From Haliotis rufescens (lineage: Eukaryota), in contig NW_025964383.1 in assembly GCF_023055435.1 (NCBI RefSeq), forward strand, positions 10,168,001 to 10,232,000: a DNA stretch of 64,000 nt, in the 5' to 3' direction. Position 1 is the first letter of the stretch; every line of letters begins with the position of its first letter. Shown here in pieces: positions 49,715-62,982 of the stretch. The translations under genes were made by a program, and so were the position numbers. The notes under the pieces are model-generated. The model searched no databases. It had not been told where the DNA came from and worked only from the letters and a program-made list of their open reading frames with translations.

Positions 49715-52566
49715 GGTGTTCCTTTTGTCAAAGCGGGCTTTTTCTATAAAGACACAGAACATAAAATATATTATGTACAAATGCTGTATGAAGCAGATTA
49801 TAAAATAAAGCTTATAAGTCATCGTCATCATATGTTCTCTGTCTGCGTCATAGACGCGAAACGTGCCCTCATGTTCCCGATGTTCATATTTGATTGCAAA
49901 AGGATTTATATATGTCAGATATTTAGACTTTCAAAAGATAAGACGAATTGTAAACTATTAATACGTTATGTAGAGGCCACTTCCTACCCTTTGTCGACTT
50001 CACTGCATATTTGCTAATATTTATTTGTATAAGTTAATTATGGGAATCAAGAATTTAATTGTTTTGCAATAACAAATCTATCAAACTAAATGTAGTATGC
50101 GCCGAAAATGATATATATAGCGCATATAGCGCAATGGATTTCGACCGCCTGAATATTGCCAAATCAGGTCTCTTTGACTATTCTGTCAAATAGATTGGAT
50201 GGAATGTTCAACAATCAGGTGATATATACGGATGACAGCATCTGTTATGCATTCCCATAACAGTTTAATGATGTTGCGAAACGTCTGACATCAACACAAG
50301 GAGCTGTCGACATAGTTCTGTTTTCATATCAAGTCTAGATACTGATTGCAGAGTCAGTGGTGGCGTTTAGGCGGACAACTATCGTTTTTAACTTCATAAT
50401 GTGACAGTCCGATTCGTGTGTTGGGTTGGGTAGTACTACTTTTCAGTGTTGTTGAAATGAACGTTTTCAGATTTCTGCGCGCAAGGCCCATAAATCGGCA
50501 TCTATTTCTAGTGCCATCTTCATTATTTGTGTGATGGTAATTCCAGGCATTCTGTTTGTCAGGTTATTATATTGCCGTGGTTCCACTAATGAATTATACC
50601 CGTTACATTGCAATGTAACACGTATCGGAATGAGTGGGTGGCCCTAAACACAACCAGAGCCATCTCGTCAAAGATACACCCGAGATGCGGCATGATACAT
50701 CTAAACAACACAACAAAAATCTCAACAACCAGTATGATACTTTACAATCGATTCCATCAAATATGCAACTATTTTAACAACGGTTAAGTTCAGTTACAAA
50801 ACTACTGTACACATCACTTCTCTTTTTTGTTAAAATACGATAAATACATTAATAAACACAATTATTTATTTTTTATATTTAACTCTCACTTTTATAAATC
50901 GATAAGGTCTAAGAATATTTTTGAACGGGAATGGTAAAGCAATCATCATAAATCTATTGTTATCCCATAGATACAATTTGAAGGAAGTTGTCGGACTTTT
51001 GTCATTTGTCATTGCTTAAAAGGAGAAGATAGATACGAAGCACAGATGTTCCTGAAACAACCTGAAACAACTCAATGCAAGATGACACACAGTTGTTGAT
51101 TAGTTTGTGACTTGTCGTTGTGTAACACGACAGGTCGCGTCCTTGGTTAAGAAAAGAGATAAGGTCGGACCACAGTTATGACCTAAAACATAAGCTCCTG
51201 AATAACGTTTACAATAGTAAACAGCAAATTACATTATACGAATTATATTTAACTGATACTTCTCTCCAATCGTTAAGAATCAGCATTAGTCTACCGTACC
51301 GTGCACGTGTTTCAATCACTGTAGTTATTTCCTGGTAGTTCTTTTCACAAAATATTGATCATGTATTAACACACTCGAGATAGCCGGTTGTTAAAGGTCG
51401 TGCTGGGAGACTCACACAACGACTACTGAAGAAGTCCATGTACAATGTATGCTATTTATAGTCAAAACATCGATAGTGTGAAGGGTGGGTTGAAAGTGTA
51501 CATATACAAACGTCATGCATCTTCGAAGCAAAATGAGCAATATTTCGATACATTATGTGAGAAAGAAAATGAACCCAGCTATGGATCCACTTTTATCCAA
51601 TAATTGTCGATATTCAGCTTGTAGTAAACACAAGAACACAATTGCTCATGCATGCACACGCTGGATGTTTGAGCTAGGAGAAACAGTCACGCAACGTTGC
51701 AACCAAGCTTTCAACACAACCGACGCTGAGTCGATCGACATGCCATACAATGGTCGGCAGTCGCAAGCGTACAAGGACTACGGTGGGAGAAACTCGTTAA
51801 AATGATCAGGTAAGCTGAAAATAGAGTTTCCTTCGGAATATAGCTGGACATAGCTGTTTTATATTATATTTATAGAACTGACCTTGCTCCTAGTTATTGT
51901 AAACATGAGTCAGACGCTCCTGTTTAGGTCATTATTGATGTGTGACATCATCTCTATTCTTAACCAAAAACGCGGACCTTTGCGTTGCACATACTGTAAT
52001 TGTGACAAACGAACAGAACTACAACTGTGCCACACCTTGCGTTGAGTTAACATCCCAACAAACTTGTGTGGGGTGTGCGTTGTTTCAGGATCTTCACTCT
52101 CCACATACAATGATACGTAAATAAGCAGGAAACGCCAATTGCGTTAAAATGATATATATTGGATAAAAATATATATTATGGATATACAAATTTATTGATT
52201 ATCAATGACAATTGAAGGTGTGCTTATATTTGGCACATTAATAGGTTTGTGAAATTTTTAGCAAAAGAGAACTTACTATTGTTGTTACTTAGTTTGGGTG
52301 ATACTATGTATAAAATAGTTGGAAATGTGATATACACGATTGTAAAATGTATTACTGGTTGTTGGTCTTATTGACATATGTCTATTGTTTAATAGTTATT
52401 TATCACATCGCGGGGTGAGAGGAGATTGCTCTGGATGTTTTTAGCTCCATGCATAGTGTTAATTTGTAATTGTCATTGTGAACTAACCAGCGGAATCTAT
52501 TTATAAAGGATGCGTTGGCTTTATAAATATTACAAATGGAAAAACCAAGATGGGCTTAATTTAGAA

Positions 52567-52577
52567 GGGGATTTCCC
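52567..52577. promoter_or_regulatory. NF-kB site GGGGATTTCCC between divergent genes 6 and 7
   Basis: Consensus match in the shared upstream interval. Confidence 0.45.
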
Positions 52578-53934
52578 GTTGCTTTTTAGAATCGATATGA
52601 TTTGATTGTTTGTTCGTTTGTTGTTTAACGCCGCACTCGCTAAGATTCCAATGCGGGCAGTTTGTGGCAATACAGAATGTGAATGGTATTATTACCTTCG
52701 ATGTTGTAAGGACGGCCATTTTTAACAACGTATGTGTTTGTGGTATTTCTTGAATAGTTTACTTTGAAGTTAGATACGGCCATAGAAAAAACAAATATTA
52801 AACCACCGCAAATGTTTGGTAATTCTCAACATATTGACGGTTACTAAAACAATAAATGGAGTAATATGGAGTGTTTACTCCTTTTAAGGAATTCATTTAT
52901 AAATAATTAATGCTCGTAAATATGTGTTAACCATAAAAAAATCTCCAAGGAAATCGATATACAAATAAACATATAGTTTCCCTTCAATTTTATAATGTGC
53001 AGTGCTGTTGTGAGTTTATAAAGTACGATCATGCACTGTGCTAGAAATAAATGGACCCGTCTAGCGTATTACTAACCACTTCGCTGCTAACCGTTTTCTT
53101 GGTTTATGTTTGGGCTTGTATATCATAGCCGTTGTGGCTTAGATAACACTGCGTATGTTTACTGTATATTCCAATTTACAGCGCTGGGAGTTGGGACATA
53201 TAGCGCGTTCCAAATGTCTGTACATCCCACACACAGTGTAGGAAATCGCCTTATCTAATAAGTATATGTATTTGTTTGCTTCAGTGGACATCGGGTGGGT
53301 AGATACTGAGAACGCACAAGAAACATCCCATGATATCGAAATGAAATGGAAGATATAAGTAACTTGTTTGCCATGGTTGATGCTGTTACTTACGTTTCGG
53401 CAGTAAAACTTCCTTTGTAATCGTTTCGGGTTTGGTTATTAACCACCTGACTGCTCGAGCTGCGTGATTATCATGTTGAATGAGCCGCCGCCATGCTTCT
53501 TCGTATGCTGACTACAATATGCTGATCCCACAAAAAGTAGGGGATCATGAAATATAAATGTTGTGATCGGTCGTCAATAGTAATTGATGCTTACTACGCT
53601 AACTTTGAAGCGTCTATACAAATGTGCTGGAAAAGTTAATCAATAGTTAATTAGCTGATCATGAATGCAATATTTATATATTATACTAAAGTTCATACAA
53701 TGATATCTTTGGCAATTGAACTTGTTCACCAGCAGTGATCGGGTACCGGGTAGGATTACATGACAATGTGACTGTTTGGTGGTTAAGCAGGGTCTGCTTT
53801 TGATTGCGTAGCGGATAAGTAAACAAAGGAATACCGAGTCATATCATGTACGTACTTGTTCATGCGAGTAACACTTTGGGGAAGACTCTAACGTATAGCA
53901 TATTTTTATATATTAACTATATATAAAATTAATG

Positions 53935-54155
53935 ATATTATATGAGTCGTGCCGAAATTCCGGTATTTCTCTCGCTTTCGCTCGGAAAATACCAAAATAT
54001 AATGCTGTATTATTTATTACCGAAGAAAATGTCTACATATAGAGACGAGTTTGAGGACAGCAAGTCACAACAGCAGCGGGACAACAATTTATCAAATGAC
54101 GGAATTTAGACAGTCGTGTCGTAAACATAGTATGACACGAACACTCATATAATAT
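53935..54155. mobile_element. Small inverted-repeat element
   Basis: ATATTATATGAGT..CGTG versus CACGAACACTCATATAATAT, with internal ctcgctttcgctcg. Confidence 0.3.
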
Positions 54156-55496
54156 ATTGTATATATGTTCCTGTTATTGTCCGGGAGGAACATTTTACAG
54201 GATAAAGTAAGAAAATCAAGTATCTGTTAAACCTGCACTTTATGCGCTTCTTTACACGCTTATGCTTGCCATTACGTTATGTGTAAAAGGATTTTGTGTA
54301 AATAACTTCCATGCGCTCGGAGCGGTTGTGTACTTGTAGCCTGATGATAAATCGTTCGCCAGTCATGCCCAAAACACAGGTTCGATTCCCAACATGGGTA
54401 AAATGTGTGTATGTGTGTGTGCATTGCTGGTGTTCCTCGACGTGATGTTGGTGAACGATTGCTGGAAGAGGCATACAAAACACATTCCCTCACTACATAC
54501 TGTACTTGTTTCCATATTTGCGTATTTTTGCAAAGCGTTATCTTCATATAATGAAACGTATGTTTTATGATTCACATTGCTGAACTTGATTTTACCTGCG
54601 CACTGCTACTTAACGCATTACACCAATCAGTAAGATTCGATAATTTTCCTCAGTGTTCAAGATATACCCCCAGCGTGTATTTGCACCGAATACTGCAGTT
54701 AATCTCCAGTAATTGGAGTAAACATGGCGCATGATGTTTGCAGGGTAACATGCGCTTTGAATGGCGTTAGATTACAGCACACTGCATTCTCTGCTTGAGT
54801 GTTGTGAAAGGCAATCTATTTATAGACATTCCGGATGGAAAAACCAACTGAGCAAACACTACTATTTATAGGCATCGGGCATTTACACCGTGAAGATCGA
54901 GAATAGATCCATATATATAAAATCCTTTTGCATTGTCACTTCTGTAAATGATGTGAATCCAGTAACAGGACTGGTGAGTACTAATTCCATATTCATTATT
55001 GTTTTATTTATTTGACTTTACAGGGTAATTTAATAGTTACTCTGACTGTCAACCAAATAGTTGTCAAGCTGAAATTGGTATGCATTTCATCGTTGCATAT
55101 ATATTACGTTATGCTCTCCAATTAGCAGTTCAAGATTATGTCATACATATTTAGTTTTCTATTTAAATTAATTTCATCATAATGGTATGATGGTCTATTT
55201 ACTGTGTTGTTGGAATGCCAATTCCTTGATGATGCTCATTGTAACCGATAGTCAAGATGATACTTTTTTTTAAATATGTACTTAGAAAATCCATCATATG
55301 TAGAAGAAAATAGTCTTGATCGAAGTTTGATTAAGGTGGGCTATATCTACATTTCGTCATCTATAATTATCTTGAGTTATACTCTGGGATACTTGGACAT
55401 GCATTGTGTATTACATATTGCGATGAGTTATCATACCATTATACGTAAATACCGTTTTACATGAAGACTTCTACGAGGATGAGGTTGTACTCGCAC

Positions 55497-56788
55497 ATTA
55501 CATGTGTTATCTCGGGACAGATGGAGCGGATTGGTGCTTGTACATGTAGCTTACTTGTGTAGTATGTAGTTGTATGGTATGTCTATTACAAGCATATTAC
55601 ATGTGTTATCTCGGGACAGATGGAGCGGATTGGTGCTTGTACATGTAGCTTACTTGTGTAGTATGTAGTTGTATGGTATGTCTATTACAAGCATATTACA
55701 TGTGTTATCTCGGGACAGATGGAGCGGACTGGTGCTTGTATATGTAGCTTACTTGTGTAGTATATAGTTGTATGGTATGTCTATTACAAGCACATTACAT
55801 GTGTTATCACGGGACAGATGGAGCGGATTGGTGCTTGTACATGTAGCTTACTTGTGTAGTATATAGTTGTATGGTATGTCTATTACAAGCATATTACATG
55901 TGTTATCTCGTGACAGATGGAGCGGACTGGTGCTTGTACATGTAGCTTACTTGTGTAGTATATAGTTGTATGGTATGTCTATTACAAGCATATTACATGT
56001 GTTATCTCGGGACAGATGGAGCGGACTGGTGCTTGTACATGTAGCTTACTTGTGTAGTATATAGTTGTATGGTATGTCTATTACAAGCATATTACATGTG
56101 TTATCTCGTGACAGATGGAGCGGACTGGTGCTTGTACATGTAGCTTACTTGTGTAGTATGTAGTTGTATGGTATGTCTATTACAAGCACATTACATGTGT
56201 TATCTCGGGACAGATGGAGCGGACTGGTGCTTGTACATGTAGCTTACTTGTGTAGTATATAGTTGTATGGTATGTCTATTACAAGCATATTACATGTGTT
56301 ATCTCGGGACAGATGGAGCGGACTGGTGCTTGTACATGTAGCTTACTTGTGTAGTATATAGTTGTATTGTATGTCTATTACAAGCATATTACATGTGTTA
56401 TCTCGGGACAGATGGAGCGGATTGGTGCTTGTACATGTAGCTTACTTGTGTAGTATGTAGTTGTATGGTATGTCTATTACAAGCATATTACATGTGTTAT
56501 CTCGGGACAGATGGAGCGGACTGGTGCTTGTACATGTAGCTTACTTGTGTAGTATGTAGTTGTACGGTATGTCTATTACAAGCACATTACATGTGTTATC
56601 TCGGGACAGATAGAGCGGACTGGTGCTTGTACATGTAGCTTACTTGTGTAGTATGTAGTTATATGGTATGTCTATTACAAGCACATTACATGTGTTATCT
56701 CGGGACAGATAGAGCGGACTGGTGCTTGTACATGTAGCTTACTTGTGTAGTTAATAGTTGTATGGTATGTCTATTACAAGCATATTAC
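55497..56788. repeat. 99-bp tandem repeat, 13 copies
   Basis: catgtgttatc recurs at 55501, 55600, 55699 ... 56689. Confidence 0.95.
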
Positions 56789-57765
56789 CAACAGACGGAT
56801 GTCGTTACCCACAGATTACCTTCAAATTATCAGAGGTACATATATACGCAATGTATATTTTTTGTTTGTTGGATTGGTGCTTATGGGGAATGGATGAATG
56901 CAGATGGCTTTTATTTTATCTGGGAACGGATGGGTGCAAGTAGCTGACATATTCATTGATATGGAGTCATTTTGCGATGAAAAAATTGTTCACTCCAATC
57001 AACCGGGAACGAATGCTGGTGGATGGTGGCATGTTTACTTCACAAAAAGGATTATTGCAAGATGTTAATGAGGAATATATTAAGGCTCATAGTTATAATG
57101 TAACAAGAAAGAATATATGTGGTTTTACAGCTGTAATTGAAAAAGGTAATCTCCATACATAATCCCAGGCCTCTACAGGATATCAATAGTCGGTCCCTAA
57201 GTAGATTACCTGTATCTTATATATAATGTGATGATTGGTAAATGTAACTTATATATTCAATATCTAGCAGAAGATGGACATGTTACATTATACGTATATG
57301 TCTGCAAGAGCTGGGTGAATACATGAAAGTTACATGTATATTATATATGTCCATATTGACGATTAATTTTATCTGGAAGAGGGTAGGAGGGTAACTATGT
57401 TATTACAATGATTTGAAGGGACGCATGTGGATGAGGGAGGCGTGTCAGATTAGTGTGAGAGAAGAGACAGATGTGATGATTTACATTGTATTAACACGTA
57501 ATCATGACAAACTAAGAAACAAATGTGGAACTTGAACCAACATCCATACATTAACCCTGCACAGCGAATAACGGCACCTTAAACAAATGTCCCATGTAGT
57601 TAATTTTAATGATCTATAATATCATATGACATTCGGGTTGTAGAACGTATCATGCAACTCCAGCGCCTTAGACCGCTGGCCAACGTATGTTCCTGACTTT
57701 TAACATAATAATACGCCATTTTGCGTTCCAGATTTGGGCAGCATCGAAAAGACTGAGAGTCATTC

Positions 57766-59297
57766 ATGGCAAAGATTGACCTGGTTGTGTGTGCGTCACT
57801 TCTTCTTTTGAACATTGCAGTAGGCATTACGGTTATTTGCCTTGTTGTATCCAGAAAGCACGACACGCAGATAAGTAACACAGAAAACTTGAAGCAAGAA
57901 ATCAGCAAGGTAAGCTGAAACATTGAGTTTGATTTATAAATTTTAGAGTACAAAAACCTTGAATGTTTTGTTATACCGTAAGCGTCTTATTTTGTAAGTG
58001 TTCATACTATTGTTGCACATTGTCAGCACACCGTGGATTATTCCATTTATAAACTAATATATGTATGTTTACTAATCATTTTTCAGATTTATGAAGGACT
58101 AAAAATAACGAACGGTCATGATGATGATGGTGATCATGAACAGAAAGGTGAGAAAGAATCTGATCAAATAGTAACAATTCTTGCCACATCAAAAACAACC
58201 ATCCAGCTGTACCTGTCAAGTTTGTATTGGAACTAAACATGTAAAAGGTTTTGGTAATATCGTAAGCAGTTACAGATGAACAAAATAACCTGTTCCAATA
58301 CAGTCAACTACGGTTATAACGAACACCCGTATAACGAACTGACGGATATAACGAACTTACTTTTTTGGTCCCGACCATTTGCTGTAGTTATGCTGTATAT
58401 ATGCTTATTACGAACTACGGTTATAACGAACTGAGTCCCCTTGAGTTCGTTATAACCGTAGTTTAATGTATGTAGAAATGTCTTTGATAGATTTGTTTTG
58501 ATCATGAGTTTGCGATGTCAAGTGCGTGTGTTTTTAGACCATGTTTAAAACTGATACAGGTGCAAGGCAACCGAGCTCATCAGCAGCATTCCTGAACCTA
58601 CTGAAACCTGTAGCACATTTCCCTGGACTTGAGTTCCGTGGACTCAATGGTAAGATATCTAACTAACTTTTGTTCAGTCAAATGTACAAGTATATTATTT
58701 ACTGTATTGATGTAAAGTATTAGGTGATGTATTTTCCTTACACGATCTTGAGACGTTGCGTGCCCCTTCAGATGTGTGTGTCCACGTTTTGTTTATCTCG
58801 CTGTAATTAATAACTAACAAGCAATGATTCCACCAATATGAATATGTCCCTATGAATAACTTTTAATTTCAGGAACGACAAGAAATGACACACCAATAAG
58901 AACATGGGTGCCGTTTGTTGGACCAGGGAGACGACTCTTGTATAACGGGATGCGGTATGAAAATGGCAGCATCATAATCCCCGCCACGGGTGTGTATGCT
59001 GTATACAGCCATGTCAAGTTCTACACAGAAAGGAATCGTCGGGGAGATAACGAAACTGATTTCCACCATTCAATAATGAGATACAATGCACTAAAACATA
59101 CGAATAAAACTGCACTTGCTGACGCAGTGTCTGAGAATAAAAACGACATCATTGACGGCGCTAGCCTGGAATACTCCAGTGACATCGATGGACTTCTGCA
59201 ACTCAATGCTGGGGATCAGTTGGTTGTTAAAGTATCAAAGATAAAACCACTGAGGCATGACAGAGACTGGCACTACTTTGGTGTATATATGATTTAA
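57766..59297 (+). CDS. TNF superfamily ligand, gene 7 (239 aa); coding exons 57766-57909, 58087-58147, 58560-58649, 58873-59297
   Basis: MAKIDLVVCASLLLLNIAVGITVIC; LLKPVAHFPGLEF (compare KPVAHV of vertebrate TNF); THD ending WHYFGVYMI*. 144+61+90+425=720 nt in frame. Confidence 0.92.
58301..58468. mobile_element. Same MITE family, independent insertion in gene 7 intron 2
   Basis: TA|CAGTCAACTACGGTTATAACGAAC...GTTCGTTATAACCGTAGTTTAATG|TA; absent from the equivalent intron of genes 4 and 5. Confidence 0.8.
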
Positions 59298-59309
59298 ACG
59301 CTACATCTA

Positions 59310-59328
59310 GGCAATCTGATAGGTTGTT
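59310..59328 (+). promoter_or_regulatory. Conserved 3'UTR stem-loop (gene 7)
   Basis: GGCAATC-TGATA-GGTTGTT, 12 nt after the stop. Confidence 0.6.
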
Positions 59329-60044
59329 GTGATAAAAGAGTTGAAAGCAAATTTCAGATCTCATCTTTTCCTCCTGTGGTCCAATGGACGAATGGTTGCA
59401 TGTCTATTACCTTCAGTGGAATATGTCTTTTCATAGCTTACATGAAAACTATCACAGGCGCATGCAGACTCAATAGATCTTCTTTATTGTCGTATTGGTG
59501 CCGAGGGGGGAATTAGTGCATGCAGATTAACGGCATAGTATCTGTGGACGGATGGGCGGAGGCAGCTTACATATTCATGAACTAGGGTGCGATAGGGAAA
59601 TGTTTACTCTGTTCACATAAATACGTGACGGATGATTACCTTTAGCTCACATCGAAAGTATTCTGTTAGGTCGGATGTGTGCACGTATTATCAAGTTTCT
59701 TTATCAAGTGACAAAGGGGTTCATATTGTTTTCATATGCATTGTACAATGATTTTTGCGTTGGACCATACAGCGACCATGAACAGCGAGTTAAGAGACCT
59801 TAGACACATGTTCCCGGGAGCATGTGAATATTAATTGGCTATCGAATCAGTACATGCAGCTTGCATGAGCTTGATCTGTGGGATGGATTGGTGCATGTGA
59901 ATTGCAAGTTTCACTTGTGAAATGTACGGGATTTCAAGTGTGTAATTGGTTTGTACATCACAATTGACCCAAGTCGCAAATGCAGTGATTTATCATTTCC
60001 AACTCACGTATCTTGAAACATTTCGGACTTTATGTAAGGAAACT

Positions 60045-60213
60045 TGAGTGAGTGAGTGAATATGGTTTTACGCCGCTTTTAGCAATATTCCAGCAATATC
60101 ACGTCGGGGGACACCAGAAATGGGCTTCACACATTGTACCCATGTCGGGAATCGAACCCGGGTCTTCGGCGTGACGAGCGAACGCTTTAACCAGTAGGCC
60201 ACCCGACCGCTCC
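60045..60213 (-). mobile_element. SINE family A, full length
   Basis: Reverse complement of 231-400. Confidence 0.85.
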
Positions 60214-60363
60214 TAAGGACATTTGAAGTGAGAACAATGCCATATTCACAGTCCAAGTAAGAACTATTGAATGTAACATTCTAGGAATGTTTTGGAAAGT
60301 CTGTTTATGTTTGAAGAATGTAAAAAAACAGCCATATTTGTGGATGTTGATGCACCTAATAAA

Positions 60364-61636
60364 CAGGTCTCATCATCGCTTGTCCGAGTATACCGTCTGG
60401 CCTCATCCTCGCTTGCCGTGTATATCGTCAGCTTCTAACGTCTGTATGGGCATACCGTCAGGTCTGGTCATCTCTTATCCGAGCTTATGGTCAGGCATGG
60501 TCATTCTCTTATCCGAGGAAACCGTTAGGTCTGATCATCGGTTGTCCGAACATATTTGCTTTGTCTGATCATCGCTTATCCAAGCAAATCATCAGATCTG
60601 AACATCTCTTATCCGAGAACACCGTCAGGTCTGATCATCGTTTGTCTCTGTTTAACGTCAGGTGCGATCATCGATTAGCCGAGTATATCGTCAGGCCTGA
60701 TCATCACCTGTCGGAGTATACCGTCAGGCCTGATCATCACCTGTCCGAGTATACCGTCAGGTCTGGTCATTGGTTGTCCGAGTATACCGTCAGGTCAGAT
60801 CAACGCATGTCCGAGTATACCGTCAGGCCTGATCATTGCCTATCCGAGTATATCGTCATGTCTGATTATCGATTGTCCTAGTATACCGTCAGGTCAGATC
60901 ATCGCCTGCCCGAGTACACCGTTAGGTCCGATCATCGCTTGTCCGAGTATAGCGCTAGGTCCGATCATCGCCTGTCCGAGTATACCATCAGGACTGATCA
61001 TTGCCTATCCGAGTATATCGTCATGTCTGACTATCGATTGTCCTAGTATACCGTCAGGTCAGATCATCGCCTGTCTGAGTATACCGTTAGGTCCGATCAT
61101 CGCTTGTCCGAGTATAGCGCTAGGTCCGATCATCGCCTGTCCGAGTATACCGTCAGGCCTGATCATTGCCTATCCGAGAATATCGTCATGTCTGATTATC
61201 GATTGTCCTAGTATACCGTCAGGTCAGATCATCGCCTGCCCGAGTAAACCGTTAGGTCCGATCATCGCTTGTCCGATTATAACGCTAGATCCGATCATCG
61301 CCTGTCCGAGTATACCGTCAGGTCAGATCATCGCTTGACCGAGTATACCGTCAGGTCTGATCATCGCTTGACCGAGTATACCGTCAGGTCCGATCATCGC
61401 TTGACCGAGTATACCGTCAGGTCCGATCATCGCTTGACCGTGTATACCGTCAGGTCCGATCATCGCCTGTCCGAGTATACCGTCAGGTCCGATCATCGCT
61501 TGACCGTGTATACCGTCAGGTCCGATCATCGCTTGACCGAGTATACCGTCAGGTCCGATCATCGCTTGACCGTGTATACCGTCAGGTCCGATCATCGCTT
61601 GACCGTGTATACCGTCAGGTCCGATCATCGATTGTC
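60364..61636. repeat. 33-bp minisatellite, array 3 (~38 units, degenerate at the 5' end)
   Basis: Same unit, with a homologous 3' flank at 61637-61810. Confidence 0.95.
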
Positions 61637-62982
61637 CTCTGCCCAATAACCATATATCATGCGAGATTTATCGACATATCCTATCTGTAGTATTTTCAAG
61701 GCAGATAAGTGAGTCAAATAGTGACTCAATAGCTTACATGAATTAAATCTTGCAGCAAAATCTGATGTAGAAATGGCAGCAGCGTTATAAATAAATATCA
61801 TCTATAGTATTGTTTCATTAAATAGTTTCTCATCCAACGTTTTATATGACACTCAAAGGCAGATGTGTTTCCTCAGCAGGAAGTTATTTGGCGTCACAAG
61901 AACACGAAGTGGGTGTTTCTTACCAGGAAGTTAGTTTTCCAAAGTTTACAGCCCATTTTTCTCGAGGAATACAGAGTTTTCATTTGAAAATAAAATTACC
62001 GGAACACAGCTACGAAAGCACCTACTTCACAAATAGGTTTACCTGGCCTGTATCTATGCAAACATGACATGATGCCGGTCGTATACAAGTGACACGTTCA
62101 TTCTCTGTATGGTTTTGCGTGTGATGATGCACGCCAATGCACATTCTGACTTGTACAAACATATTGTCATAATCCGTATGCCTTTACAAAGACGTTAAAC
62201 TATGGAACTTGTTGTTTCTCTGGCGCTCGCCATTCGTGGGATAAAGCCGTGCCTGGCCGACTCGGAGTCAGTACAATGTGTGGGGTATCCATGTTAAATT
62301 GTGGCTGGTAATTCCACAATGTTCTGCCATGAGTCGATAAAGCCGATGTCAATGATTACATATCCTTAATTGCCTTGATGCAGGCTTGAGGCCTTTGACA
62401 GACGCGCTCAAAGCTAACACACAAACGGTTATGAATCGAAAACAATTTCACATACGTTTAACATTAGTTATATATGTACGTGCTTATGTCATGAGGAAAC
62501 GAAACACACATACATTGCACCAACCAACAAATGACAGACTGGTGAAATGACTGCAGATTACATATTTAAAAGTTGAATCACCAAAGGCTGGAAAATGTAA
62601 TGATAATAAATAATAATCAGCCGTCGTATACAATGAACTGTCATCTGTTCTGATGACATGCATTCTTCATTGCCACACAGTATACAACATGCTCGTGTGT
62701 ATCAATATCAGGCTCAAGGGAAGGAGAGATTGTGTTCATCCAGATAAATATGTTCGTGAGTGGTATAGCTCAGTTTCAATATCCAAATCATATCCTTCCA
62801 TTTCTTTCGATAAGTTTGTGTTGTCATCACAGAATCAAAGGTTGAGACGCGCTTCTAGATCTGTAAGCACCTACTTTTGGTGATGTTCGTTTCCCAAGAG
62901 CCATGGACACATACCACAGATGAAGGCTGATCTTTCTCCGCCAGCGGCAACCAACGAGGATCACCTTGGCTCCTTTGGTCCG

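Noticed and set aside
4997-59297. Assigning vertebrate gene symbols (TNF, FASLG, TNFSF10, EDA)
   Set aside because: Orthology cannot be established without phylogeny, and the genes look like a lineage-specific expansion.
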